Shown: positions 1 through 10,802, counted from the first letter of the stretch. The stretch: 48,488 bases of DNA from Synechococcales cyanobacterium (GCA_043739045.1 JAYUEW010000059.1:1-48488), one strand, 5' to 3'. Translations and numbers: made by a program. Notes: generated from the letters alone by a model not told the origin.

Positions 1-345
1 GCGGCTTGGTTTGCTTCTTGCCAGAGTTCGTCGATGACAACGGATTCTAGTAATGTATTTTGGCATTTCGGGTCTTGTTGTTCAATTCCGTCTAGACAAC
101 TGAGGATTTCAAATAGTGAAATTTGGCGAGGATCTTTAACTAAAATGTACCCGCCTTTTGCACCGCGCAACGCCCGAACTAATCCGGCACGGCGGAGAAT
201 GGCGAGAAGTTGTTCTAGGTAGCGATCGGGAATGTTTTTTCCAGAGGCAATTTTCCGAATTTGAATCGGTTCACCGCTCTGATAATGGGTCGCAAGTGCG
301 AGGAGTGCAAGAAGGGCATACTCGCTTTTAGAGGACAATTCCATG
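1..345 (-). CDS. Rrf2 family transcriptional regulator (C-terminal part runs off the window start)
   Basis: Reverse-strand translation from the ATG at 343-345 gives MELSSKSEYALLALLALATHYQSGEPIQIRKIASGKNIPDRYLEQLLAILRRAGLVRALRGAKGGYILV..., a typical Rrf2 winged-helix N-terminus. It is absent from the ORF track because it is open at the window edge. The 34..222 + ORF is its shadow. Confidence 0.8.
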
Positions 346-491
346 GCAACTTCTACGCAACATCCAATGCAGTACCTCTAGTATACCCCGGTTTTCCGAA
401 CGGAATTAAGTAGATTCAAATATTTTAAGATACTGGGTTGGAATTGGGGTGAGCGATTTTCACTGATTTCCCAATTCCAGCCCGAATCTCG

Positions 492-1244
492 TTACAGGGT
501 AGCGTTGGCCGAAACCTTTGCTGTTGCGATCGATTCCACCAAACTACGGACGACCGCAATCATGGCAATCTCGCTGTTGAGTTGATGAATGGCCGATCCA
601 ACCCCAACGCCTGCTGCACCCGATGCGATCGCTAAAGAAGCTGTGACGCTGGAAATTCCTGAGGCACAAAGCACAGGCACCGACACCGCACGGGAAATTT
701 CGTAAGCGGCGGCTAACGTTGGGGCAGCTTTTTCGATTAAGCCCAAAACACCGGCACTAGTTGGAGCCGAGGAGGTACCGCCTTCGGTTTGAATCACATC
801 TGCACCCGCCTCGACTAAGGCTTCCGCCAAAGCGACTTGCTCGGATAATGCCAAAACGTGAGGGACCGTCACCGATAGCATCACCGTTGGCAGCAATGCA
901 CGAGTTTTGCGGGTGAGTTCTAGGACTTCCGCTGCGCCAAAGGTCCGGCCTTGTGCATAGAAGCTATCGAAGTTGCCGATTTCAATCAAGTCTGCGCCCG
1001 CATCAACGGCCATGACAAAAAGTTCTGGGTCTACGGCGGAAACACAGACGGGGAGGCTGGTTGTTGCTTTAGCCATGCGAATTAAGTCCGCATCTGCGGC
1101 AATGTCCACAAAGGTTGCGCCACCGAGTTCTGCTGCTTTAACGACCGCTGCAACATTGGTCCGATCGAAGTTTTGCAGTCCGCTGATCACCTTGAGGGCT
1201 GTGCGATCGGTGAGGGCGCGGTGGAGTGAAGGAAGAAGGGTCAT
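492..1244 (-). CDS. DUF561 / Ycf23-like TIM-barrel protein
   Basis: 250-aa ORF. LKVISGLQNFD, FVDIAADADL and CASGIS...GAAGVGVGSAI resemble the cyanobacterial/plastid Ycf23 (DUF561) family as I remember it. Confidence 0.55.
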   Translation of the reverse strand: MTLLPSLHRALTDRTALKVISGLQNFDRTNVAAVVKAAELGGATFVDIAADADLIRMAKATTSLPVCVSAVDPELFVMAVDAGADLIEIGNFDSFYAQGRTFGAAEVLELTRKTRALLPTVMLSVTVPHVLALSEQVALAEALVEAGADVIQTEGGTSSAPTSAGVLGLIEKAAPTLAAAYEISRAVSVPVLCASGISSVTASLAIASGAAGVGVGSAIHQLNSEIAMIAVVRSLVESIATAKVSANATL

Positions 1245-1362
1245 AGGAAATCCATGGATATAACGGTCTAGCCATTTTAGAGCCTCAGGGCAACAGGCTG
1301 TAAACTCTGCCCAAAAGAAATTCAGATGTCTCTTCTTGCTTGCGATCGTAGCTCTCTTGTTA

Positions 1363-1516
1363 ATGTTCTACACACATTGATGTTCTACACACATTAAAGA
1401 TCCGCTAGATCCGCTATCCGAATCTTAGGCTCATCCGATCGGCAGAATTAAATTAGTGTTTCATGGCGAATCCTACTTAAATCCTACTTATCCTACTTAC
1501 TACTTATCCTACTTAA
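1363..1516. repeat. Cluster of short tandem direct repeats in an intergenic region
   Basis: ATGTTCTACACACATT x2 (1363-1378, 1380-1395), GATCCGCTA x2 (1399-1416), and TCCTACTTA x4 (1471-1479, 1482-1490, 1491-1499, 1507-1515). Confidence 0.85.
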
Positions 1517-1832
1517 GTGGGGCACGTTAAGCATTGGCAGAGCAACTTGCAACCTTGGCATCGCGATCGTTAGCCCGATATTGGCGGGTAAGTAATGGCA
1601 GGCAAAAAAAGAGTTCATTTAGAAATCCGCCTTATGAGTCAATATTTTGCATCCTAGGACAAATTTTTCTTAATTTCTTATGTAGAACTTCATGATTTCC
1701 TGAGGTATTTTAAGATTTATGTATGTTAAAGTACATTAAATCTTCTAGGAAGCTTAGTGAATATACTATGTAGCCGTCAAGATCGGATTATTTGCTTATT
1801 GAATTAGAGACATTACATTTAGGGATTTAGTT

Positions 1833-3197
1833 GTGCATGAACTTCAAGAGACACCGATCGTCCCATCGTCGATCGCACCTAAAAATTCATCGATTTACCA
1901 TCCTCCAGATCTAAGTAAATCAACACTGCTCGGACGATTGGTGATCGCGGGTGGATCATTAGCCTTTGGTGCATTAGTCTTGACGGCGAGCGGTTGGGCT
2001 GTGCAATCTCGAATGCGTTACTTTACGGTAGATAATGCCGTTGTCAATGCTAAAACCGTTGAATTACGATCGCCGCAAGAAGGTTCAATCGTTGAATTTA
2101 ATGTAGAGCCGGGTTCTGAGGTGGTGGCTGGCCAAGTAATGGCAAAAGTTAAACCTACAGAAGTTAAACCTACAATAGAAGCAGAAGTAGCGACTTTGAA
2201 GCTAAAAGCAGACCTTGATTTATTGAATGCTCAGAAAAGTCAAGTTCAACAAACGTTAGTGGTTTTGAATACTCAACTCAATGGTATTGCACAACAAGAA
2301 TTACAACTTACGTCCCAACAAAGCTACATCGACAACCATGGCCGATCGATCAATAATGCTAAAGTTAAAGCCGCAACCATTGGCCTCTCGCAATACCAAG
2401 CTGCAATTGATGCTGCCGTTATCAAGGCTAAAGCGGACGAGATAGAATACAATCGGTACGCAGCTCTGGCATCTGAAGGTGCAATTTCTCAACAAAAAGT
2501 ATCCCAAATCAAAGCCGTTTGGGATGGGACTCAGGCTGATGTAGTCAAAGCAAATGCTGCAAAAGTCTCGGCAAAAGCCTCCATAATAGCTCTCGAACAG
2601 GAAGCACCTATTGACAGTCTGGCGGAGACATCTGTCCTTCAAGGTCAACGTATTAGTGTCATGCAAAGCATTCAAGAACAAACGGTCAAAATCAGTACTC
2701 TCAGTACTGAAATCATTGGTAAACAAGCACAATTAAAAGTTCAACAAACTCAGACCCAAAACCAATTAGAAGAGACCCAAATTAAAACGCCTATTAATGG
2801 ACGGGTCTACCGAACAACCATCGATAAAGGTGAACATGTAAGCCGATCGTCACCCCTAATGAGCGTTATAGATTGTGAGTCTCGCTGGGTCGAAGTCTTC
2901 ATCCCTGCAAGTGAAGCGAATAGAATTGACCGATCGCAACCCGTTCACATCATACCAGTGGGTTTATCTCAGCAATTATCAGGCACGATTGAAAGTATAA
3001 ATGACATCAATCCCGATGAACTCAAACATCAGTCCCAGACAGTCTTTCCTATTGTTCCCAGCAATTCAAACGGTCAAGTGCCTGCTCGCGTGGTGATCAA
3101 ATTCAAGAACATTAAAGAGTTACCCAATGTTCAGAATATGTGTGGTGTTGGTCAATCTTTAAAAGTCACTTTTTCAACTCAGAGTCCATTCTTCTAG
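1833..3197 (+). CDS. HlyD-family membrane-fusion / Alg44-like co-polymerase protein lacking a PilZ domain
   Basis: 454-aa ORF with a GTG start. It has a short cytoplasmic N-terminus, one TM helix (LGRLVIAGGSLAFGALVLTASGWAV), a lipoyl-like hairpin, a long Q/A/K-rich coiled coil and a beta-barrel tail (INGRVYRTTIDKGEHV). It lies directly upstream of an Alg8-like GT2 gene. Confidence 0.7.
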   Translation: MHELQETPIVPSSIAPKNSSIYHPPDLSKSTLLGRLVIAGGSLAFGALVLTASGWAVQSRMRYFTVDNAVVNAKTVELRSPQEGSIVEFNVEPGSEVVAGQVMAKVKPTEVKPTIEAEVATLKLKADLDLLNAQKSQVQQTLVVLNTQLNGIAQQELQLTSQQSYIDNHGRSINNAKVKAATIGLSQYQAAIDAAVIKAKADEIEYNRYAALASEGAISQQKVSQIKAVWDGTQADVVKANAAKVSAKASIIALEQEAPIDSLAETSVLQGQRISVMQSIQEQTVKISTLSTEIIGKQAQLKVQQTQTQNQLEETQIKTPINGRVYRTTIDKGEHVSRSSPLMSVIDCESRWVEVFIPASEANRIDRSQPVHIIPVGLSQQLSGTIESINDINPDELKHQSQTVFPIVPSNSNGQVPARVVIKFKNIKELPNVQNMCGVGQSLKVTFSTQSPFF

Positions 3198-3249
3198 TTT
3201 AAGCTCTAATCTTTTTTTTACTTTGCACTAGGTTATTTGTAATAAAATT

Positions 3250-4815
3250 ATGCCGATTTTAATGAACTTGGTGTTGTGCTTTGCAATTGCATTAACCGGA
3301 TGGTTTGGTTTTACTGGATTACACTCAGGCCAGATCTTTGGACCTGTGAATATGCTCGAAATATTGAGCTTGGGAGCCATTGGAACTTGGCGTTGGGGTC
3401 TTTTTTTAATGAGGTTAATGCGATCGTGGTATTACCAGTTTTGGATATTTCCCCGTTGGCGTAAATTTGCAAATCAAGTTCCGACTGAAGCTATCCCAAA
3501 GGTCTGTTTGATTGTCCCAACCTATAAAGAACAAGCTTGGATTACTGAACGTGTTTTTCGGGCGATCGTGCTTGAAGCTTATACCCTTGAGCAGCCATTA
3601 ATGGTATTTGTAAGTAGTAGTAGTGATCAGGAAAATGAGGCAATTCAGGCGATCGTTAAGGCTAATGATCCAGACAATCGAGTGCAATTAATTTTGCGAA
3701 CACAACAACATGGAAAACGGAAAGCCTTAGCGGATAGTTTACGGGAATTAGCAACTATGGGGATTTCTGATAGTACTATTATTGCTCTGATGGATGGTGA
3801 TTCGGAACTTGCGCCGGGAGTTTTACAAAAAACATTGCCATTCTTTTTACTTTTTCCTAAGTTGGGTGCATTAACAACAGATGAAATTCCTGTGGTACAA
3901 GGGTCTTACCTTTTTTCAGAATGGTTTCACTTACGTTTTGTCCAACGACATTACCAAATGTGTTCCGATTCTTTATCTCGAAAAGTGATGTGTTTGACCG
4001 GACGATTTTCATTGTTTCGGGGCGATGCGGCGTTGCATCCTGGATTTGCGGACCAATTAGAATTTGATCAATTAGATGATTGGCTTTGGGGACGGTTTAA
4101 GTTCCTTTCAGGTGATGATAAAAGTACTTGGTTTTGGCTGTTGAAAAATAGCTATGAAATGCTTTATATTCCAGATGCTTTGGTGTATTCCCTCGAAACA
4201 GTATCTGGATCTGTACCACAAAGAGCGATCGCAAATATGCGGCGGTGGTTTGGCAATATGTTGCGCAACAATAGTCGGGCATTGGCGTTAGGTCCGAAGG
4301 TGACAGGATGGGGAATATGGTATGGCTTGCTGGACCAAAGAATCAGTATTTGGACATCCTTGGTTTCACCCAGCGTATTGCTACTGGCGGCAGTCCAAGG
4401 GAATTGGTTTATAGCGGGATTAGTGATTTTTTGGACTTTATTAACCCGGCCCATAATGTTAATGCTGATTTTTATTGGCCGTCAATCCCATTTAAAACCA
4501 ATTCATATTGGTTTACTTGTAATGATGCAATGGTTCTCTTCATTAATTAAAATTTGGGTACAAATGAACCTACCTAAACAAAAATGGACCAATCGTGGCA
4601 ATCAATCGATCGATATTGGTGGCAGTATTTTAAAGCGATTTTTAAAGCGATCGGCTTCTCAGTTCATGATTGTGATCCAAGTCTTGACCTTTGCCATGAG
4701 CATTTTGATGTTAGTGGGTCAATTTCGACCGTGGGAAGACTTTGCTGTACGTCAGTTTTATCAACAGGTCTCTAAGGAGAAGCTTGATTTCCCATTGAAG
4801 CGAATCAGACAATGA
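3250..4815 (+). CDS. Family-2 glycosyltransferase, Alg8-like (mannuronan-synthase-type) processive polysaccharide synthase
   Basis: 521-aa multi-TM ORF. The blocks MDGDSEL, LFPKLGALTTDE, SEWFHLRFVQRHYQMCSDSLSRKVMCLTGRFSLFR, GRFKFLSGDDKSTWF, RRWFGNMLRNNSRAL and LLDQRISIWTSL match my recollection of Pseudomonas Alg8. Confidence 0.7.
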   Translation: MPILMNLVLCFAIALTGWFGFTGLHSGQIFGPVNMLEILSLGAIGTWRWGLFLMRLMRSWYYQFWIFPRWRKFANQVPTEAIPKVCLIVPTYKEQAWITERVFRAIVLEAYTLEQPLMVFVSSSSDQENEAIQAIVKANDPDNRVQLILRTQQHGKRKALADSLRELATMGISDSTIIALMDGDSELAPGVLQKTLPFFLLFPKLGALTTDEIPVVQGSYLFSEWFHLRFVQRHYQMCSDSLSRKVMCLTGRFSLFRGDAALHPGFADQLEFDQLDDWLWGRFKFLSGDDKSTWFWLLKNSYEMLYIPDALVYSLETVSGSVPQRAIANMRRWFGNMLRNNSRALALGPKVTGWGIWYGLLDQRISIWTSLVSPSVLLLAAVQGNWFIAGLVIFWTLLTRPIMLMLIFIGRQSHLKPIHIGLLVMMQWFSSLIKIWVQMNLPKQKWTNRGNQSIDIGGSILKRFLKRSASQFMIVIQVLTFAMSILMLVGQFRPWEDFAVRQFYQQVSKEKLDFPLKRIRQ

Positions 4816-4874
4816 TGATCGTCCTCGACGTTCCCCAAATTATTACAATGCGACATCAAATTTCAGATTCAAGA

Positions 4875-5714
4875 TCATTTTGAATTAGGGACGATCGCAA
4901 ATTCTGCAAAATCAATATAAACATCTTTTGGCGTTGCCCAACTGGCATCTTGTCCTCCAAAGAATGTTGAGAAGAAGATACCATCAACTGTCAAGTTTGA
5001 GTCGGTACGCCACTTTAGTTTGGATTGATTCAACACTAATCTGTTATCAATCCAAACTTTGATCCAACCATTCGATTTAGTCGGGTCATTGAGTTTGATT
5101 TCTTGCTCAACCTGATACCAACTCCCAGGTTTAAAAGTCCACTGTCCACGCCCAATTGAGGTTCCATAGTCTTTGCTACTTGGTAAATAAGCATACACTT
5201 CACCGACACCTTTTTTGCGCCACATCAATCGCGACGAAAATCCATCACGCCCATTCGGAATATCACCACCGCTATTCCCAACTCCACCATAGAATCCGGG
5301 GAGTTTGCCGCCTTTGACAAAATCAAAATCATTACTAAACCGCAAAAAATATCGTAGTCGTAAGTGATTCTGAGACGATCGATCGTCATCTAAATTTAAT
5401 CGGCTATAGAACTGCGCACCTCCAGATGGGAGACCCTTTCTCATGACAGTGGGACTAGCCGAACCAGCCGGATAACGAACCCGCAATACTTGTTTAAATC
5501 GATTTGTTTGATCCGGAATAAGAGAAGTATTTTCTAGTCCCCGCTTTTGATTAGATAAATTCCAATTTTTCTGCCAATTTTGAGTCTCGAAACTACCGTT
5601 CCAAATTAGATTAGGTTTCACCTCACTTCCTTGTGCCAGCGGCTTAGGAAACATACCCACATTAGCTAAAATGAGTAGTCCAATCATTAGCCTCCATCTT
5701 AAAAATATTTTCAT
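4875..5714 (-). CDS. Secreted polysaccharide lyase-like protein (PL14-like)
   Basis: 279-aa ORF with an N-terminal signal peptide. The motifs VKGGKLPGFYGG, GFSSRLMWRKKGVGEVYAYLP, WIKVWIDNRLV and DGIFFSTFFGG resemble the PL14 / Polysacc_lyase jelly-roll family. Confidence 0.5.
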   Translation of the reverse strand: MKIFLRWRLMIGLLILANVGMFPKPLAQGSEVKPNLIWNGSFETQNWQKNWNLSNQKRGLENTSLIPDQTNRFKQVLRVRYPAGSASPTVMRKGLPSGGAQFYSRLNLDDDRSSQNHLRLRYFLRFSNDFDFVKGGKLPGFYGGVGNSGGDIPNGRDGFSSRLMWRKKGVGEVYAYLPSSKDYGTSIGRGQWTFKPGSWYQVEQEIKLNDPTKSNGWIKVWIDNRLVLNQSKLKWRTDSNLTVDGIFFSTFFGGQDASWATPKDVYIDFAEFAIVPNSK

Positions 5715-5770
5715 AGAAATATATAGAGTGTTAATTCATTACAATTTTAAAGTACTTAAATTGTACCGTG

Positions 5771-6991
5771 TTATCTAAGTAATGTTAACTGACTACTCGG
5801 CATATCAAACCCCAAATGCTTCCAAGCTGCTGCTGTGGCAACTCGTCCTCTTGGCGTTCGGGCTAAATAGCCAATCTGCATCAAATACGGTTCATACACT
5901 TCTTCAATGGTTTGTGCATCTTCACCCGTTGATGCCGCCATGGTTTCTAATCCCACAGGACCACCATTAAACCGTTCAATCATTACACTCAACATTCGCC
6001 GATCGGTCCAATCTAATCCACAGGGATCAACATTAAATAATTCCAAGGCTTCCGATGCGATCGTTTGATTGATTGAGCCGCTTTCTTTGACTTGAGCATA
6101 ATCCCGAACCCGCTTCAGTAGACGGTTTGCAATTCGAGGTGTGCCGCGTGCCCGACGAGCAATTTCTTCAGCTCCAGCCTGATCTATAGGTGTTTCTAAC
6201 AATGACGATGTTCGCAATACAATCTGTGTCAATTCATCTAATTCATAAAAACGCAACCGCTGAATCAATCCAAATCGATCGCGCAGGGGTGAACTCAATG
6301 CACCGACCCTCGTCGTTGCGCCAACCATAGTGAACTTGGGTAATGCCAACGATCGGGTTCGAGCCGTTTGACCTTTGCCAATGGTAATTTCAATTCTAAA
6401 ATCTTCCATCGCAGGATACAAAATTTCTTCTGTTATCCGGGGCAATCGATGAATCTCATCAATGAATAGAACATCACCTTCCTGCAAATTCATCAACAAT
6501 CCCACAATATCCCGAGGCCGCTCTAACGATGGGGCACTACTAATCTTGCAATTCACGCCCATTTCCCCGGCCAAAATGAGCGACATTGTGGTTTTTCCTA
6601 ATCCCGGCGGACCATAGAGCAACAAATGATCTAAACATTCTCCCCGCGCTTTTGCTGCCCGAATTGCAATATCAAGCACGTCCTTTAAATCTTTTTGCCC
6701 CACATATTCTTGAATCGTTTGAGGTCGAATTTTTTCTTCTTGCTTTTGCGTTTCCTCCACCGCCCGATCGCCCTTCAGGAGTTCATCTGGGGTCTTAAGT
6801 GGCAAAGATTCAACAGGCGCATCATCTTTTGCTTTGACCGATCGTCGTCCTTTCTTCGGTGTGTGGGCTTTTGTATCCAAGGGTAATTCAGCCTGAACTT
6901 CACCCACTTCAATCAGTGCATCAACCAACGCATCCATACCTGCTGCGGCAGATTTTTCAGGCGTGGGTTGCTTGGAAGAAATAATGGCCAT
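5771..6991 (-). CDS. ruvB: Holliday junction branch migration helicase RuvB, with an N-terminal charged extension
   Basis: 406 aa. Walker A is GPPGLGKTT and Walker B is [26 protein letters not shown] and the C-terminal winged helix are also present. About 70 extra K/E/A-rich residues precede the RuvB core. Confidence 0.93.
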   Translation of the reverse strand: MAIISSKQPTPEKSAAAGMDALVDALIEVGEVQAELPLDTKAHTPKKGRRSVKAKDDAPVESLPLKTPDELLKGDRAVEETQKQEEKIRPQTIQEYVGQKDLKDVLDIAIRAAKARGECLDHLLLYGPPGLGKTTMSLILAGEMGVNCKISSAPSLERPRDIVGLLMNLQEGDVLFIDEIHRLPRITEEILYPAMEDFRIEITIGKGQTARTRSLALPKFTMVGATTRVGALSSPLRDRFGLIQRLRFYELDELTQIVLRTSSLLETPIDQAGAEEIARRARGTPRIANRLLKRVRDYAQVKESGSINQTIASEALELFNVDPCGLDWTDRRMLSVMIERFNGGPVGLETMAASTGEDAQTIEEVYEPYLMQIGYLARTPRGRVATAAAWKHLGFDMPSSQLTLLR

Positions 6992-7083
6992 AGCAAAGCA
7001 AAAACAAAAGTAGTTCTACTATACTAAACAATCGCTCTAGAAATAGTTGATTTTTAATCGGTTTTTAGTTGGTTCTTATCGGC

Positions 7084-8079
7084 CTATCCTCCAATCTGTG
7101 ACATCGATCGGGCATACCCTTGAGCATTTCCAGAGTCTCGTAATTTGTAATTAATTTCCGGCTTCCATTCCACCAACTTAATCACCCGATCGCGTAAGTT
7201 AGCTAAATCTACGCCCTGACGTAATTCTGTTTTTAAATCAATTTGTCCTGTTTCATTTAATAAACAAGGTCGCAACATTCCATCAGCAGAAAGTCTCATG
7301 CGATTACACCGATCGCAAAAGCATTCCGACATCTGACTAATAAATCCAAGTGTTCCCATTGCGCCAGGAATTTTAAAGATATCGGCTGGACCATTACCAG
7401 TAACACTACTTTCTTCAATGCCATAGCGTTGTCGAATCTGTTCTCGTAGTAATTCAGAACTTATCCATCCCGATTTTTCAAACAAGTCCCCATTTCCAAT
7501 GGGCATAAATTCAATAAACCGAATATGCCATTCCCGATCGATACTCAAGGCTGCTAGATCCAAAATCTCATTATCATTTACACCGGGCACCACGACCACA
7601 TTCAATTTAAGCGGGCTAAACCCAACGGCGTAGGCGGTTTGAATGCCAGACCATACTTTATCCCAATTGGTTTTGCTCCCAGACGATCGCCGCCCAATTA
7701 ATTGATCAAAGGTCGCCGCATCTAATGAATCCAAACTAATATTGACCCGTCGCAATCCTGCATCATACAAATCTTGTGCCTTGTCTGCTAACAAAAAACC
7801 ATTCGTCGTCATAGACAAATCTTGAGTTTCAGGCAGTGCTGCGATCGCCTTTACAATGTCAACAACATCACGCCGAATTAACGGCTCCCCTCCTGTCAAC
7901 CGAAACCGCGTAAAGCCCGCCGGAATAAAGACTTGACGCAATAACGTTAACAGTTCATCTTGGGTCAATAAATCCTGTTTTAATACATAATCAATTTCTG
8001 CATCCTCCGGCATACAATAAGTACAGCGGAAATTGCAGCGATCGATCAAACTAATGCGTAAATAGTCAATTTGATTCAT
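7084..8079 (-). CDS. moaA: GTP 3',8-cyclase (molybdenum cofactor biosynthesis protein A)
   Basis: 331 aa. It has the radical-SAM CNFRCTYC motif near the N-terminus, [12 protein letters not shown], a C-terminal CxxCNRxRL cluster ([15 protein letters not shown]) and ends in GG. Confidence 0.92.
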   Translation of the reverse strand: MNQIDYLRISLIDRCNFRCTYCMPEDAEIDYVLKQDLLTQDELLTLLRQVFIPAGFTRFRLTGGEPLIRRDVVDIVKAIAALPETQDLSMTTNGFLLADKAQDLYDAGLRRVNISLDSLDAATFDQLIGRRSSGSKTNWDKVWSGIQTAYAVGFSPLKLNVVVVPGVNDNEILDLAALSIDREWHIRFIEFMPIGNGDLFEKSGWISSELLREQIRQRYGIEESSVTGNGPADIFKIPGAMGTLGFISQMSECFCDRCNRMRLSADGMLRPCLLNETGQIDLKTELRQGVDLANLRDRVIKLVEWKPEINYKLRDSGNAQGYARSMSQIGG

Positions 8080-8129
8080 TTTAAAATGCCTGTAATTATC
8101 GGTTTTGCTTCCTATTATAAACTCCTGCC

Positions 8130-9548
8130 ATGAACTCTTTGGATCTCGCCTTCACTTCCGCCCTCGAACAAGCTCGACTGATTCGTAATAAAGAAATCTC
8201 ACCACTAGAACTCACCCAAGTCTATCTAGATCGCATCGAAATTCTCAACCCAACGATCGGTGCATTTTTTCATGTTGCCGCAGAACAAGCGATCGTTGAT
8301 GCATCTCAAAAAACCGAAGCTCTGGTCAATTTAGATATAATTCCATCCTTTTACGGAGTTCCGACAGCTATTAAAGACTTGAATCCTGTCGCCGGAATGC
8401 CTTGCTCCTATGGTATTAAATACGCTAAAAAACGGATTGCCTTGAGCGATGACCACATCACCAGCCGCATCAAACAAGCCGGATTCGTTATCCTCGGAAA
8501 AACCGCCACCTCTCAACTGGGTTCATTGCCTTACGTGGAACCTAGTGGATTTCCTCCGGCGCGTAATCCTTGGAACCTAGACTATCTCGCGGGCGGGTCA
8601 AGTGGTGGGGCAGCCTCGGCGGTTGCAACGGGATTGTGCGCGATCGCTCAAGCTTCTGATGGTGCTGGATCAATCCGAATTCCAGCCGCCTGTTGTGGAT
8701 TGGTTGGGTTGAAAGTATCACGGGGACGAGTCTCCCATGCGCCCGTAGATGAGCTGTTTTCGGGCTGTGTGGTGAGTGGCGGATTGGCCAGAACGGTGAC
8801 GGATTCGGCGGCATTTTTAGATACGATCGCAGGCTATGAACTTGGCGATCCCTATTGGTTAACCCCTCCGGAAGCAAGTTTTCTAGCGCTTTCCCAACGA
8901 GTTCCGCGTCCATTACGAATTGGATTTGCCACAGAAATTCCACCGATCGGGGAATGTGATGATGAATGTAAAGAAGCGGTTTTAAAAACAGCAGCGCAAT
9001 TGGAAGCTCTCGGACATAATGTTGAGCCGATCGAATTTAATGATTTTGACTTTAGTGAATTAATTGAACCCTTTTCAATCGCATGGCAAACCCAAACTGA
9101 TGTCGGCGTACCGGGTTTATTTCTCGATCGGATCAACCGCCAACTCTGGCTCAAAGCACAAGTCTACCGCGCTGGAAAATATGTGCAAGCGCGTCAAAAA
9201 CTATACCGATTTGCTCGCAAGGTGGTTGAACTCTGTCATCCCTATGATGTGATTTTATTACCGACTCTAATGCGTCCAGCGTTAAAGGTTGGTGAATTTC
9301 AGCGATTGGGGTTATCAACCTTACTCGATCGCATTATTGATTGGTTTGCACCCTGTCCAGCATTTAACGTCAGCGGCCAACCTGCGATCGCGCTTCCCTG
9401 TGGATTTGCTAGTTCTGGCGTTCCCTTGAGCATTCAACTTGTTGGCCGACCTGCGGATGAGGCAACACTATTGAGCCTTGCGTATCAATTAGAACAATCA
9501 AAATTATGGATTCAGACTATGCCTGCAATCGCACAGCCGCCCCAATAA
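8130..9548 (+). CDS. Amidase-signature family amidase
   Basis: 472 aa. It has the [14 protein letters not shown] signature and conserved K and S-cisS residues ([12 protein letters not shown]). Confidence 0.88.
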   Translation: MNSLDLAFTSALEQARLIRNKEISPLELTQVYLDRIEILNPTIGAFFHVAAEQAIVDASQKTEALVNLDIIPSFYGVPTAIKDLNPVAGMPCSYGIKYAKKRIALSDDHITSRIKQAGFVILGKTATSQLGSLPYVEPSGFPPARNPWNLDYLAGGSSGGAASAVATGLCAIAQASDGAGSIRIPAACCGLVGLKVSRGRVSHAPVDELFSGCVVSGGLARTVTDSAAFLDTIAGYELGDPYWLTPPEASFLALSQRVPRPLRIGFATEIPPIGECDDECKEAVLKTAAQLEALGHNVEPIEFNDFDFSELIEPFSIAWQTQTDVGVPGLFLDRINRQLWLKAQVYRAGKYVQARQKLYRFARKVVELCHPYDVILLPTLMRPALKVGEFQRLGLSTLLDRIIDWFAPCPAFNVSGQPAIALPCGFASSGVPLSIQLVGRPADEATLLSLAYQLEQSKLWIQTMPAIAQPPQ

Positions 9549-10668
9549 CCTCGATCGCCCGATCGATCTCCATTGTCGTCGTCCCGCGCCCTAAGCCGAA
9601 TCTCAACGATGAAAATGCTAACTCGGGCGATCGTCCAATTGCTTGCAACACATGAGACGGTTTACGGGATTTGGTCGCACAGGCCGAACCCGATGATAAT
9701 GCGATCGATTTCCCTAGTTCTAAGGCCAATCGACTTGGATCAATTTCTGGAATACTAATATTCAAATTTCTAGACAATCGATGATCCATAGTTCCATTCA
9801 CCAAACAACCCGTCGAACCCAATTCCATCAACAATCCCGACAACAATCGATCGCGTAATTTCGCCAATCGTTTTGATTCGTCCGACAGGTCTGCGATCGC
9901 CAACTCCACCGCCTTCGCAAACCCCACAATCTGCGGCGGATATAAGGTGCCCGATCGTAACCCTCGCTCCTGATCACCACCATGCAACTGCGGCGAAAGC
10001 TTAACTCGTGGATTCCGCCGCCGTACATACAATGCTCCGATGCCCTTTGGACCATACACTTTATGCGCCGTCATCGACATCAAATCAATATTCATCGCCT
10101 CCACGTCCAACGGTATGTATCCCAATGCTTGGGCCGCATCGGTATGAAATAAAATATTCTTATTGTGACAAAGTTGACCAATTTTTGCGATCGGTTGCAC
10201 GACCCCAATTTCATTATTCGCCACCATTACCGAAACCAAAATAGTATCGTCCCGTAATGCAGATTTTAATATCGCCAAATCAATCAAACCGTCGGATTGA
10301 ACAGGTAAGATCCTCAATTCAAACCCCAAGGATTGCAAATAGCGACAAGGTCCTAAAACAGCACTATGTTCAGTCGCTACAGTAATAATATGTTTGCCCT
10401 GACTCAAATACGATTCAGCAACGCCTTTAATAGCAAGATTGTTTGCTTCCGTTGCGCCACTGGTGAAAATGAGTTCATCGGCAGTCGCATTAATCGCAGA
10501 GGCGATCGTTTCCCGCGCCAGTTTAACCGCAGATTCCGCCGCCCAACCGTAGGCATGAGGACTACCCGGATTACCAAAATGCTCCGTAAAAAAAGGCATC
10601 ATCGCCGCCAACACCTCAGGTGCGATCGGAGTAGTAGCATGGTGGTCGAGATAAATTAGAGGATTCAT
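9517..10668 (-). CDS. Cysteine desulfurase (NifS/IscS class, PLP-dependent)
   Basis: 383 aa. It has IYLDHHATTP, the PLP lysine in SMTAHKVYGPKG and the active-site loop SSGSAC. Its 3' end overlaps the amidase 3' end by 32 bp. Confidence 0.9.
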   Translation of the reverse strand: MNPLIYLDHHATTPIAPEVLAAMMPFFTEHFGNPGSPHAYGWAAESAVKLARETIASAINATADELIFTSGATEANNLAIKGVAESYLSQGKHIITVATEHSAVLGPCRYLQSLGFELRILPVQSDGLIDLAILKSALRDDTILVSVMVANNEIGVVQPIAKIGQLCHNKNILFHTDAAQALGYIPLDVEAMNIDLMSMTAHKVYGPKGIGALYVRRRNPRVKLSPQLHGGDQERGLRSGTLYPPQIVGFAKAVELAIADLSDESKRLAKLRDRLLSGLLMELGSTGCLVNGTMDHRLSRNLNISIPEIDPSRLALELGKSIALSSGSACATKSRKPSHVLQAIGRSPELAFSSLRFGLGRGTTTMEIDRAIEVIGAAVRLQA

Positions 10669-10802
10669 TTTTGAATTTCTGCCACTCCCTGCCGAACAAC
10701 CTCCAAAACCCCATTGTGAGGAATGGCCTTGTCCTTAATATTTCCCTCCCCTTAATCAATTAACAAGATCAATTAACAAGAGAAGGGGTTAGCTTTAGGT
10801 CT

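Noticed and set aside
34-222. 62-aa plus-strand ORF at the window start.
   Set aside because: It lies entirely antisense to a well-supported Rrf2 regulator gene that the ORF track missed because it is open-ended.
2301-2732. 143-aa minus-strand ORF inside the HlyD-like gene. Similar internal antisense ORFs occur at 4097-4454, 8542-9154, 16470-16676 and 25284-25640.
   Set aside because: All are antisense to genes with clear family signatures and have no independent support.
9517-9548. Convergent 3'-3' gene overlaps: amidase/cysteine desulfurase (32 bp), ackA/histidine kinase at 21161-21182 (22 bp) and rnz/140-aa ORF at 29088-29119 (32 bp).
   Set aside because: These are real in the sequence but common in compact bacterial genomes. 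I see no additional structure to suggest regulated antisense control.
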